Source: Octopus sinensis
Lineage: Eukaryota
Reading direction: 5' to 3'
Length of the DNA: 64,000 bases
Assembly (NCBI RefSeq): GCF_006345805.1
Contig: NC_043020.1
Location: 3,038,001 to 3,102,000 of the forward strand
The notes below the pieces were generated by a model, which made no database searches, was not told the origin of the DNA, and saw nothing but the letters and a program-made list of their open reading frames with translations. The translations under genes were made by a program, and so were the position numbers. This document shows, one piece after another, positions 37,925 through 51,858 of the stretch (the first letter of the stretch is position 1; every line of letters starts with the position of its first letter).

Positions 37925-38290
37925 CCTTCATCATCATTTAATGTCCGTTGTCTATGCTGGCATGGGTTGGATGGTTTGACCAGAGATGGCAAGCTGGAGA
38001 GCTGCACCAGGCTGCAGTTTGATTTGCCATGGTTTCTACAGCTGGATGCCCTTCCAAATGCCAACCACTTTACAGAATGTACCTGGGTGCTGTTACATGG
38101 CACTGCACAAGTGCTTTTACATGGCATTGGCACAGGATTCTTGTAGGCCAATTCTCTTCATCAGGAGGAGAGACCTTAATACTTCTGCTGTGGAGTATGG
38201 GTCTTCTTGAGGACAGCAAGGTGCCAAGGTCCTTTGCCATTTCATCTAAAGGGTTCAGTGTCCTGAGGTCATCCTTCAGTACACGTATTT
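37925..38290 (-). mobile_element. RTE LINE 3' fragment
   Basis: Family 3' UTR with (GAT)n tail plus decayed ORF end VLKDDLRTLNPLDEMAKD. Confidence 0.7.
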
Positions 38291-38843
38291 TATTTACGTG
38301 TTCTATACAGGTACATCATTTTTATCAAACTGAGAAGAATGAAACTCAAAATTGGTTCTGGTGGTATATGAATGCAAAATGGAAAATCACACCTTACTAT
38401 CTTGAGTAGAAAAAAAAAAGTCACTTGATAATATGATCCTAGGTATAATGTCTAAAAAACATAGAAAGATGAGAGGATCAGGATTGGAACAACTCTGATC
38501 ATAGTCCTGCCAAGACCAGGGCTGACCCAAGGGTTAAACAATAATGATTTTTCTAAACATTTACCTCCATAAATATGTAGTAAATATTCATTTCCAATAT
38601 GGTCACAAGACCACAAATATGGGAGGGGGTGTATTTAGAAATATAAATCAATCAAAATTGAACACAATACTCAATCAGAACTTTATTGACCACAAAATGA
38701 TGAAAGGTAAAGTTGACATCGATAGGATTTGAACTCAGAACATTAAGTGCTATAACAACATTCTACAAAGAATTTTTGACCCCACACTAACAATATCACA
38801 AGTGAATTATTATTGTAATGAGGTTAAAGTCACTAGCCCTCAC

Positions 38844-38897
38844 CTGCTTTCAAATAAAGTAAAATTTCTCCATGACAAGCCATATTTTCATTAAAGA
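38844..38897 (-). CDS. Coding exon (FNENMACHGEILLYLKA)
   Basis: Acceptor gcccttcattttcag, donor CAG|GTGAGG; 54 nt; single open frame, phase 1 to 1. Confidence 0.65.
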
Positions 38898-39159
38898 CTG
38901 AAAATGAAGGGCACCAGTTGTATGAGAGAATTGTTTACAAGTACTGTGCAAAATCAAGGCAAGGAGAAAGCTACACACACACACACAATGGGCTTCTTTC
39001 TGTTTCTGTCTACCAAATCCACTCACAAGGTTTTGTTTGATCTGGGGCTATAATAGAAGATACTTGCCCACAGTGCCATGCAATGGGACTGAACCCAAGA
39101 CGATGTAGCTGGGAAGCAAACTTCTTATCATACAGCTACCCCTTTGTAGTAATAATGAC

Positions 39160-39368
39160 TTCTAATTCTGGCACAAGGCCAGCAAATTTTGGGATAGGGA
39201 ATAAATCAATTACATTGACCCCAGTATTCACCTGGTACTTATTTTATTAACCCCGAAAGGATTGAAAGGCAAAGTTGACCTTGACAGAATTTGAACTCGG
39301 AATGTAAAGTCAGATGAAATGCCACGAAGCATTTTGCTCAGCATGCTAACAATTCTGCCAGCTCGATG
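39160..39368 (-). mobile_element. SINE family B
   Basis: Reverse complement of the GAGCTGGCAGAATTGTTAGC...GAGTTCAAATTCTG...AATAAGTACCAGG motif. Confidence 0.8.
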
Positions 39369-39836
39369 CTTTAACACCTGTGTAGTAACAAGGTAATGAA
39401 TAATAACACCAGATCTAAGAATAAACAGGATTGACAAGATTAGAATGCCTTTGGTCTCTAATCTGCAGAAGCAGATAACTCACAGTTTAAGAACAGCCTC
39501 GTAAGAACCTAACCAATGATACGGCTTCTAAATGGTCGTTCAACCCGCTAGAAATAGCAGTCTAATCTATCTCAAATCACAGTCTACTCTCTTAGGAAAA
39601 GGAAGAATACACTGAATAGTGTAGTCTTAGATACTCTTATGTCAGAAAAAAAACCCAAAACAAATTAGTTACAGTTGAATCATATTGCTAATGCCTCTGA
39701 TTATATTGAATATTAAGACGGTGATGTCTATGGCTGGAATGTCTTTAATCACAAACAGTTCTGGTCATTTCAGAACTCATCTGGTGCTAAACAACAATAA
39801 TTCCATAATAACTTAAACTCATATCCTGCTGCTCAC

Positions 39837-39870
39837 CAATCAAAGACCCTAAAGCATTCTCAGTCACCAT
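39837..39870 (-). CDS. Possible start-codon exon (MVTENALGSLI); exon 39837-39890
   Basis: Acceptor ttttctcttcattttttaag, donor TTG|GTGAGC; ATG in AGCATGG context with in-frame upstream stops; phase 1 end joins 38844-38897. The true start could lie further upstream. Confidence 0.35.
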
Positions 39871-40029
39871 GCTTCATTATTTCAGTTTGGCTTAAAAAAT
39901 GAAGAGAAAATAATTACTAATTGGCTCTAAGTGGAAGCATATTATATGAGATTCCGTGTAAAATATACAATAGAAGGATGAAATAGTATTGCTCGCTTAA
40001 CATGGCAGCAGTAATGTGTGTGTGTGTGT

Positions 40030-40063
<34 letters not shown>

Positions 40064-41267
40064 AGGGCATACTTTACTAAACAAACTAAAACCTGACAAC
40101 AAAATAATTAGACAATGGTGTGTGTGAGTGTGTGTGTGTGATGGGGTTAAGAGAATAAGTTTTAATATTAATATTGCATATTTCCTCATAAAATTCACTC
40201 ATAAAGCTTGCGGTAATATTGGTTTGTTTTATTCCAACAAGAAAAATGAAATAAAAGTACAATAACGATTTAGGGGGAATTATTACAGGAAATAATGAAG
40301 AAAAACCAAAAATATATTTTTTAAAATCATATCAAAAGAAAATAATATCAAAGGAAACCAATATCACTGATCTTAAATTATTATATATGAGAGAGAGTAA
40401 GGCAGGAGAAAGAAGGAAAAAGGCAGAGAGATGGAGAGCAAGAAGCTGGAAGAGCAAAAGAGAATATTTAAAAATTGCACTATAAGCTCTTTTTCTCTGA
40501 TAGCTTTTAGCAATCTCTTTACATTCTGTTGCAGACCAAATTTTATGTTTCTGCTAGTTAATATCGTTAAAATTGAATTCTTTAATAACTTGCACAGTTC
40601 TTCTCTTAAGAAACAAATAGTACTTTTTTTCTGCTGAGAGGTCACAGAGACTAAGACAATTCTATTTTATCCTACTCAATTACTATAACACAAACAATTA
40701 CACGTATACATACCAGTACTACACTCTCTCTCTCTCCCATCTTCTACATCGCCCTCCTCCTCTAATGCTGTCTGCCCTAAATGGTTATTGAGAGCAAAAG
40801 ATTCATCAAAGGAGGAAGAATTCTTGCTTCAGTACAATATGTTTTAATATCTGACCGAATTATTAACTTCCAGCACCCAAGACAATAAAAAAAAATATAC
40901 TAATAGCAACAATAAAAAAATATACTAATAACAACAGAAGAAGAAGAAGAAGAACTACTGGAAAATGCTAATGATGGTGATTCTTCTTCTATTTATCATT
41001 ATTATCATCGTTATTATTATTACACTACAAATAATAATAGGAATAAATCAAGTAAAACAAAGCCCGTTTGGCAGTTCTCCAACATTTCTTACAGCATTTA
41101 ACAACCCAACTTGTTATTTCGGTCTGGAATATTAGTATTGTTCCTCAATATCTCTTTTGAGAACTGAAACAAAATTAATATTCAGGCAATCAGCCTTTTA
41201 TAGATGTTGTAATTAAAGATGATTATGATCATGATGATGAAGTAGATAAGGAATTACTAAGCCTTCG

Positions 41268-41832
<565 letters not shown>

Positions 41833-42189
41833 CCTGATAATCTCTCAGAGTGACTTTTATACATGGAATTGCCAAAATTTCATTATAAAGGCTTGAATTC
41901 CTCACCAGCACCAAGAAAATACTTAAGCTTTGATCAGTTGCTGACTCTAGATCCATATGAGGTTCTTCTGCTGCTGTTGGACCCAATCACCTCAGACTAC
42001 ATCCAAAATATAGCCAACAAAATAACTGGAATGGTTTGCTCATCAACACACTATAATCGCTAACTTACAGATACACTTTCTTCTCCCAACCTGCGCTTCC
42101 TCTCCTACTACTACAAGTTTTGTTCCTCTGAACTAGCTAGCTACATACATATATATATATACCTCCACCTGGGTTCTTTGACACACTAG

Positions 42190-42720
42190 TCTTTCCCACC
42201 ATATTATCATCTCATCTAGGTCATCCCATAGGACACCCCAAGACTGTTTCCACATATTTTTCCCATTCATCTCGATCTTCCATAATGGTCCTCAGCTCCT
42301 GTACCCCTTCCATACTAGTATCCTCCAACAAGTTGTCGATATAGTTCATCTTCCCTCTTCCTCTCTTGGTTCTTCCTTCTGTTGGTTGCCAGAGCACCAG
42401 CTGGTTAGCAATTTCATTGTTATTTCTTTCCAGAACTGCAACCTTTTGAAATTTTCTCTTTGTCCAAAGATTTACTTGCAAACATTGATGTTTAGATATG
42501 TAATTCAATCATGTCAATATCACCACCAGTCTGGGAGGCCGTGCCAAGACTGCAACCCTCAAGAAATTTCTCCTTGCCCTTTGTCTTTTCCAGTAAACAT
42601 TAAACAACAAAAACTCAACATCAACCGCATTAATCCCACCAGTTTTGGGAGAACCTGTAATGAATCATGGATACTGCCTCTTCCTCATCTCTGACTGACT
42701 TAGGAAAAATATTCTCATCT
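42190..42720 (-). mobile_element. RTE LINE ORF C-terminal remnant
   Basis: NQLVLWQPTEGRTKRGRGKMNYIDNLLED...ELRTIMEDRDEW matches the RTE C-terminal W.P..G.R.RGR motif. Confidence 0.8.
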
Positions 42721-43857
42721 GATTTTTTTCCATATAAATCTGCTAAAGTTTTGAATCCAAACCTTACAAGAGACTGCCATACTTCTAGGAAAGTTCCATA
42801 ACTCTGATAGCTACAGTTTATCCATTTTATGACATGCTCAGTAGCAAAGAGCCAAGAACAGAACCCTCTATATGGCAGCTAAACCTGCAAGAAATAACAA
42901 ACTAATCTCCCTCAAATTCCACCCAAACCATCTTAAACAAAGTAAAAGACACATTTGATAATATGTAGGTTTAGATAACAGTCAAATGAGATGATATTTA
43001 CATTTTGAATACTTTTGATCATAGATCTGTTCATTTAGGGCAATATTCCTTACACTCAAGGAAGACTTGGTAGCATGTACTGTGCTTGCACTATTTGTTT
43101 TATGTACCCATGTAGTCATGAGCAGATATAGACACCCTTGTGATCATGTCACTCTTGACTTAATGGAACATCCAGGACGTAACAGCTCAAGTGGCAGAGA
43201 GAGATCTACACCAGGACCAGGCTGGTGTATATTTTACTGATTATGAAAAGATGTAAAGCAGAGTTGACTTTGGCAGGATTTGAACCCTGAGAGTTCGAAT
43301 CCTGCCAAATTCAACAAAAAGCCAATGAAAACATTGCCATGAATTCCATCCTACATTCTCACAATTTCGTTAATTGACTGCCTTAAAAAAAAAAACACAA
43401 CCCACACTTGACAGTTGATTGGTTAGCAACAAAAACAACATAGATCTGTAAAAAAAATTCTTTTTCACAATTTTCCGAAAGCTCCACAATCACAAAAGCC
43501 ATCCCACTCATTCCAGGATGGAGAAAAATATGTAAAACAATAAATGAAAAGAAAGAAGAAAAAAACATGAACTACAATCCAGATCCATCTTGCAGTATAT
43601 TCATACCAGGTTAATTATCAAGTTGATTGGCTTAATTCTAATCCGTTTCAGATTGAATTTTAAAGCATGGAAATGGTTGTTGTGGTTTCTGCATATATAT
43701 TGGCTATTTCACGAACAGCTTCTTAATAAAACAGGCTTTCATTCAGACAACACAAATATTTTCACAAATGCTTACATACACACATATAACAACTGTTGAA
43801 TATGTATTAATCTTTTACTTGTTTCAGTCATTAGACTGAGGCCATGCTAGGGCACCG

Positions 43858-43958
<101 letters not shown>

Positions 43959-44374
43959 ACAAGACATAAGTGACAGTCATTATATATTTCTTTATTGTAG
44001 TAAATTTGACTTTCAGCTGTTTCTAGTAGTCATTATAGGTTCATTATTGATCAATTGAGAAAAATGAATGACCTAGCAAATTAATGCTACTCTTATCAGA
44101 GTCATTTTGCTGTGGTTATAACCAAGCAGAACACACTGTATGTGTGTGTGTGTGTGTACACATGCACACTCACACATAAATATATTAGGTGTATAACAAA
44201 ATCCTGTATCCAGAGAAGCCGGGTTTCAGTTCTTTTATCCTGGAATTTTATCACTGGGGTGGGAAAGAAATATAAAATAAATTTTGCAAGGTTGATAGGA
44301 AAAGGCTCAATATTCTTGGCCAGAATGCTATCATGAAAGTTCCAGGCACAAAAATCATATTGTTGAAAAGTTAG

Positions 44375-45008
44375 AGTGTGAAAAATGTTCTTTGCAGTGG
44401 GTGGACCAAAATGAAGCACTGAAAACCCTCCCTAAACCTGAGCTCTTCAAAAAGAAGATTACAGTGACTGTTTGGTGGTGTACTGCTGGACTATAACTAT
44501 ATAGTCCACTATAACTTCTTAAAACCTGGAAAAACTATTACTGCAGAAACATATTGCCATGAAATTGCCAAAATAAATGAAAAACTGCTACTCCTCCGTC
44601 ACAGACTGGTCAACAGAAGAGGGCCAATCGTTCTTCATGACAATGCACAACCACACATTTCACTAATAACGCTCCAAAAGTTAAAGGAACTTGGCTATGA
44701 GGCTCTTCCCTACCCAGATTATCCCCCAGACCCTTCTTCTACCGACTACCACCTTTTCAAGCACCTTGATGGTTTCCTGAGAGAGAAGGAGTTCAAAAAT
44801 CAAACCATTGCTGAAAGTATGTTCAAAGAGTTCATCAGCTCCAAAACTCCAGATTTTTATCTTACCAGAACAAACAAACTTGTAACTTGTTGACAAAAAT
44901 GTCTTGATTGTAATGGTCTTTACTTTGGTGAATAATATTTCTGCATTGTTGAAATATATTATGATTAATTTCATGCTTCAAAACGTTGCTTACTTTTTAC
45001 TCAGCTTC
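44375..45008 (+). mobile_element. 5'-truncated mariner (Hsmar1/SETMAR-like) transposase pseudogene with 3' TIR
   Basis: QWVDQNEALKTLPKPELFKKKITVTVWWCTAG...HYNFLKPGKTITAETYC...GPIVLHDNAQPH...YPPDPSSTDYHLFKHLDGFL...CLDCNGLYFGE*; TIR-like CGTTGCTTACTTTTTACTCAGC; internal TGA and frameshift. Confidence 0.9.
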
Positions 45009-46594
45009 ACACACACACATATATATGTATGCATTCAAGCATGCTTATATGTGTCTACAAGTATGGAAGTATGTGCATATGTGTGTGTGTGGTGTGTGTG
45101 TGTGTGTGTGTGTGTTGATATATACTGTGAGATGGGCAGCCTATTTGTTTTTAATTCTATAATATTGACCATATTGATGACTATCTTAGGAGAAAAATTA
45201 TCTTAGATAAAAATTAATTAATTTTGGCAGCAATTTTTAAAAAACCAAATACAGACTATGTAAAGAAGGCTATGGAAGCCTCTGTGCTATTACTTAAATG
45301 AATACGATTGACACTGAATATGTGCAGCACAATAATGATGTTGTAAGAGTAAAAAATTTGAAATTAAACGGAGAAATCTAGACTAACTTCACACAAAAAG
45401 ATAAACTCCTAAATTTTTGCTAATGTTAGTGAAAATTGAAATACTCTCAGGTCACACAAACTTAATACTTCTAACTCCATACAAACCATTAGATGAAATT
45501 GATTTATTAAAACTAAATAGAAAAAAATATAATAACAAACTTTCAGTGATTGTATTGATTTGAAGTTTTTATATGATTGGAAAAATTAAGTGAATTTGTT
45601 AAATGTAAAACTCTAAAAAAAAAAAGGAGGGGGGGTAGGGGTGGAAAGGGAAACCTTTAAAAATAATCTAATGATGATCTTAATAAAAAGCCAAATTTAA
45701 AGCAATCCTTCCAATTGAGAAAAACTGTCAAAGAGATATTGAAAACTTTTAGTTCATTCTCTTAATGAAATCTGTCAATTTCTGAGCGAGTTCTTCGCTA
45801 CTTGCAATGGTTTAATGCACCAACTTGACCTTCAGCTCATTGCCATTAATATTTATGTAAAACAAAAGAATATTCACCTCAACTCAAAAGACATTAATCA
45901 AGTTTGAAACTTCCTTTTCGTTTTAAAGTTAGACCCGAATCTTCTAAGTGGTTTATTTCCTCTTGTTGCTCACAACACAGGCACAAGCACATACAAGCAA
46001 GAGTATTTCGATTTTTTTCTACAACTGATAGTTAATTATGTAAATTATTTTTCACATTTGTATTATAGCAATTTGCTGCAAATGAGCTGGGGATTTTTTA
46101 ATTAAAAAATATTTTTCGCACAAAATATGAAAACCATAAAATTGGTTTTTAACCATAAAAAAAGATTACCATTCTAGAAGTGATTTAGCCAAGTTGCAAA
46201 ACCTGAGCAAACCATGTAAGGATTTCAACTTTGAACACTAAGTTACTAAACTGGCCAACAATTACCACTACAACTAAATTATACCCAAACATTTTTCCCT
46301 AACAAGAGGTACTTCATATCAATGCTTTCCAAAATATTTACAAACTTATACCAAAGTATCACAAATTTATACAAACATGTTGCAAATTTGTTACTGGCTT
46401 GTGGTCATGCTGGGGCACTGCCCTTAAAGGTTTTAGTTGAACAAATTGAACTTAGTATAGATTTTTGAACTTGGTACTTATTCTGTTGGTCTCTTTTGCA
46501 GAATTGCTGAGTTAGGGGTATGTAAACAAACCAACACTGGTTATCAAGTGGTGGGTGGAACAAACACTGACACAAAGAGAAAAAAATCACAAGA

Positions 46595-46780
46595 TGGATT
46601 CTTCAAACGAAGAATAGAGGTAGACCAAGTATAAGATGGTTGGATGATACCCATGGCCTCAGTTGGTCACGCCAGAATGTGTAATGGCAGTTGCTTCTGA
46701 TGACTCTACTGCCACAACCATCCCACGAATAGCAGGTGGAGGACATGGATGGATGGATGGATACTAGAAGGAGAAAGGCT
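46595..46780 (+). mobile_element. RTE LINE extreme 3' end with (GGAT)n tail
   Basis: RGRPSIRWLDD motif followed by a GGAT repeat. Confidence 0.6.
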
Positions 46781-48261
46781 CTAGATTGATTCCACTCTAG
46801 CTGTGCTAGTCTCAATCATTTTAGATATTTCATTCATACTTATCCTGATAAACTGACAACCAGCAAAAGAAAACTAAAGACTAAGTTGAAATATTGAACA
46901 TATCAAAATGAATGTAATTTTGAGGGAGGTTTCCTCCAAAAAAATGTACCTTGAACAAAAACAAATTCTTTTATGTTCAAATAAAGATGCTGTGTTGAAA
47001 ACAGAAAGAAATGTCCTTCAATACGTGGTGAGTTTTAACAGTTTTTCCCTTTGATCTTCAGATCAATCTTGTTCAGATTTCATGTAGTATCACTATCTTG
47101 ATCAATACTACCTGAGTTTGGAATATCAAAGAGTTCAGCTGTAGATTCAATCAGTTCTACTTGCAATACACGAGAGATAATCTATCCTATAGGAATTTCA
47201 GATGAAAGCGATTTTTACTATGAAACACCATACAAGACTCGAATTTATATTTCAAATCTACCTATCAATCAAAACGATTGAATACAAGAATACTATCATC
47301 ATCATCATATAGAAACGGTTGAATAATTACAATCTGAAAGCTTTAAGATAATGTTTTGAATGACATAACAAAGAATATACCGATTCCTTTTCGATTTGTC
47401 ATAAAGATTCTTCAGATTTATAAAGAAAACATGAACCAATGCCATACTCATGCCTTTCCAAATCAAGGTTAATAACAACAAAAGTGGAATGATCTTTGAC
47501 TGGAAATAGAAATGTGAGACACAGATAGAGCTCTCTGAGAAACTTAATCTCAAGGTCCATTGATCAAATTTCAGCTTGTAATGAGAGTTTAATTTTTTTT
47601 CTAGAAAAACACTTGTTACTTAATTTGTCCATTTAGGGAACAATTTGTATATATGTGCCCCACTGTATATTTATATCTAAAAATCTTAGTGATAGTTTCA
47701 AATTAACCAATATATATTGACAGAGAGTTTTGTGAAAAATATGGCAAAGCATTAAAACAGAAGAATGTAATCTGGCTGCTATTTCTAGCAAATCAGGCAA
47801 CCACATAAAGGCTTCTTTGTTTTATTTGTATGGACTGCTAGAATAGATTTATTATGTTGGCTATTTCTAAAACCCAGTACAAACAAGTCTCTGTATTGAA
47901 TACAATAATAAACTTGAGCCATTGTGTTGTGTTTGTATATACTTCCTTTATAACCAAATCTCCACCAGGGACTGAAGAATGGAAGATAAGGATCTACACC
48001 CTCAGCCAGCCGGCTGTTATTGTATTATCTCAAGAATACACGGACAGGAATATATGAAGGAGTCTACACACACTTAACCAGTAGAAATAGCAATCAAATC
48101 TCTGTTCAGCTTCTATCCTACTATATTTTTCTAATTTTGGTCCAAGGTCAGCAGTTTTGAGGGGAGAAGGAAGTCAGCCACATACCAACATCACCCTACC
48201 AAGACTATTGCCAGTAATACCAGTAATATCACCACTACAAATATCACCAACAAAACCAATA

Positions 48262-48652
48262 GGCACGGGTGTAGCTGTATGGTAAGAAGGTTGCTTCCCC
48301 ACCACATGGTCCTGAGTTCAATCCCATTGCACCACAGTTTGGGCAAGTGTCTTCTACTATAGCCACAGACTGACCAAAGTCTTGTGAGTGGATTTGGTAG
48401 ACAAAAACTGAAAGAAGTCTATCACATGTGTGTGCGTGCATGTGTGTGTGTCTTTGTCCCTTACCGCTGCTTGACAACTGGTGTTGGTGTGTTTACATCT
48501 TTGTAACTTAGTGGTTCAGCAAAAGACACCAATAGAATAAGTACCAGGCTTCAAAAAATAATAAATACTGGGGTCAATTCATTCAACTGAAGATTATTCA
48601 AGGCAATGCTCCAGCATGGTCGCAGTCTAATGACTGAAACAGATAAAAGATA
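48262..48652 (+). mobile_element. SINE family A
   Basis: GGCACGGGTGTAGCTGTATGGTAAGAAG...GAGTTCAATCCC...CTCCAGCATGGTCGCAGTC...GATAAAAGA. Confidence 0.85.
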
Positions 48653-49146
48653 ATACTACCACTCGACCAATATCATCACCCCACTAATATCATTACTATC
48701 CCCCCAAATGCCACTACGACCACTATAACCAAAACCACCACTACTACTCCACCACTAATTATACTACCACCACCACCATAATCACCAAAACCGCCTCCAC
48801 CACCAAAATAAGTTCAAGTACATTCCCAAAAAGGCTAAACTGACATTTCTTCTTAAATAGGAAGAAAATAGAGATTGACCTAGAATCTAACATTCCATCT
48901 GTTGAATGAATATCAAATCTTGTTATGAAAACAACCAAAGACAACGAAATTATTAAGTTTTTTTTTTTCAAATAAAGAAATCAGAGTTAAATTAACAACA
49001 GCTCTTCTTTAATTTGAAATTCAAAATTCAAATTTTAATTTATATTCAGCAGATACAAATTTATTCTTGAGATGGAGAATTAAAATAGAATATGTCTTCA
49101 ATTTTCCTCCTCCTCCTCTTCATCGTCAGTATTACCACAAGCACCA

Positions 49147-49194
<48 letters not shown>

Positions 49195-50416
49195 ATTGTT
49201 CATCATTGCCATTCTACAGTTTTTAACTGAATCATCAGCAATATTTCTCTCTTCCATTAACCATTTCTGTTTGTAGACATTTCTTTTTCATGAGATTTAT
49301 ATAATCTTTAGATTGTTGTATTTAATTACCTAATTATCTTGAAATAGTCACACATTTGTAAACGAGATGTAAATCAGGAGAAAGAAAAGAAGAACAACTT
49401 TCAAAATCTTTTCTTCTTGTGATTGCTTTTATGATCCTATGACAGTTGACTGGTAGACCTATGATACAAGACTCTCCTCCCATGACCATCCCATCTTTTT
49501 ATATAAGCAGGCTGTGTGATTAAGAAGCTTATTTCCTAACCATGTGGTCTCAAGTTCAATCTCACAGAATGAAAACCTTGGGCAAGTGTCTTCTATGATA
49601 GCTTCAGGCCAACCAAAGCCTCGTGAGTGAATTTGGCAGAAAGAAGCTGAAACGATCCCAAATATATATGGAGAGAAGGGGGAAAATGAGGGGAGAGAGA
49701 GAGGAAGAGAGAAAGAGACAGACAGAGATGTAAGCATGTGTGTGTGTTACCTCTTTGCCTTGATATTGCATGAAAGTTGTAAATGAATGTCACTGTCATT
49801 TTTCTGATTCCAATTATTGAACTGTGGCAGTGCTAGGCACCACCTCCAAAGATTTAAGATCAATCTGTTGACTAGGATTTGCAACAGTTTGAGAGCATTG
49901 GGTTCAAATAAAAAAATTGCTCAGACCTTGAAGACCTGTCCAACTATCAGAAGAGGACATAAAGGAAATGAAAATAAGGAAGAGGACAAACCCATCCACA
50001 CAGAGTTAAATAGGTTGCTTCATTGACATAGTTTACATATCATTCTTGTGATGTAATCTTTTCCCAGCTAAACCCAATTTCATCAAATTAAACTGATCCT
50101 AGAGGGAATTCTTAAATATTATTCAAGGAATGTAGAACAAGTGAACCCAAAGGACCAGTCTTTAGTGACATGGAAACAAATATTAATCCACAGTTGGAAA
50201 TATTTCTTTTTTTTTTTTTCTCTATAAAAAGTGAAGGATGATCTTTCATAAAGTTTCTTGCATTCTAGAAGAAAAAGAAAAAGTAGAAAAGAAGAGAGAT
50301 GGAAGTAAGGAGATAGACAAAAAAATTTAAAAGAAAAACAAATGAGGAATTTGCCTCTTCCAAGCGATTTGCCACATAGCTACATTTGCTAAAATTTGTT
50401 TTCATTTTTATTCCTG

Positions 50417-50449
<33 letters not shown>

Positions 50450-50705
50450 CGGTTGAAATGACTAAATTACCCCTCCACTACAACTGCCACCCCAGTATTA
50501 CCACCACCAGCCCCTAAGACATATTTCAAATTTCAGTCATAGAAGTAACTGGATGAATGTTTATAAAAGGTAAATTTACAAGGATTCTCATCACTAAGAT
50601 ATTTTAACTTTCAGAAATAGGAAAAGGCAACATTTTTCTCTCTCCTATTTTTAACCCTTTCTTCCTCATCTCCACCCGTACACCTTAAATTACAATGTGT
50701 ACAGA

Positions 50706-50740
<35 letters not shown>

Positions 50741-51194
50741 ACATGTGTATTTATACAAACACTCTATGTGAACATGTGCTTGAGCTTAATTTGCTGTTTT
50801 CATGCCATCAAATGCATATGGATTGATTTGCACTTTAAGCATATGTAGGTGCTTAAATGTGTGTATGTATTTGAATGCACTTAAGTTTCCATGGTTCCTT
50901 AAAAGTGCATGGAATATACGTGTGTATAAATGTTCATTTGGATTACATATGCAAAATTGCTTAAAAAGGCAAGTGATCGTATGTGTGTTGTATGAGTGCG
51001 CGCGCATGCTCACGTGCATTAATCATTTGTGGTTGCTTAAATGTGAGTGTGTCTGTGTGTGCACCTGCACCTAAAAATTCATGAATGTATAGCTATGCAT
51101 GTCTACAGCTGTGTATGTATGTTTATATATGCAATGAGTTTTAAAGACTGCGCATTTGTGCATATCATTTTAGATATAGATATGTATGTGTGGG

Positions 51195-51592
51195 TTAGGG
51201 AAGAAGCTGTGGACCAAGAGGTCTCGTAGGTTGTGGGCTCATTTGAAGGAGGGGAAGGGTTGGTTAGGGAAGATGTGCGAAGTGGAGGGGGTTGGACTGG
51301 AGTCACCGGAAGGCTCGGAGAATGGTGCATTGGAGAGGCAGGGTGGTGGGATGGTAGGTGAGGGGAAATGGGAAGCAAGTTCGGTGAGAGAGAGCAGATG
51401 AACGGTCCACAGAACGTGCTCTGGCAAGGGCTGTGTGGATAGTGGTGAGGGGATATCCATGTAGGATGAAGTGGCGAGCCATGAGTTGAAACTGAGTCTC
51501 AAAGTCATGGTCGTCACTACAGAGCCTGCATAGACGGATGAATTGGGAATAGGGGATGGAAAGCTTGGTGTGTTTAGGGTGGGAGGAAGGGA
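51195..51592 (-). mobile_element. Penelope-like element RT C-terminus/linker remnant
   Basis: SSHPKHTKLSIPYSQFIRLCRLCSDDHDFETQFQLMARHFILHGYP...PFPLTYHPT...IFPNQPFPSFK*AHNLRDLLVHS matches Penelope-like motifs SHP...IPYSQF.R..R.CS and N.RD.LVHS. Confidence 0.85.
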
Positions 51593-51822
51593 AGTATATA
51601 TATATAGGACAGACTTCTTTCAGTTTCCGTCAACCAAATCCACTGACATGGTTTTGGTCAGCCAAAGGCTATAGTAGAAGACACTTGCCCAAGGTGTCAT
51701 GCAGTGGGACTGAACCCAGAACCATGCAGTTGCGTAGCAAGCTTCTTAGCACAGTCACACCCACACCTATATATATATCAACCCATGCTAGCATGGAGAA
51801 CGGACGTTAAACGACGATGATA

Positions 51823-51858
<36 letters not shown>

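Noticed and set aside
40373-40645. Helical-looking minus ORF ICFLREELCKLLKNSILTIL...
   Set aside because: No phase-compatible link to the 38.9 kb exon with a convincing donor; unresolved.
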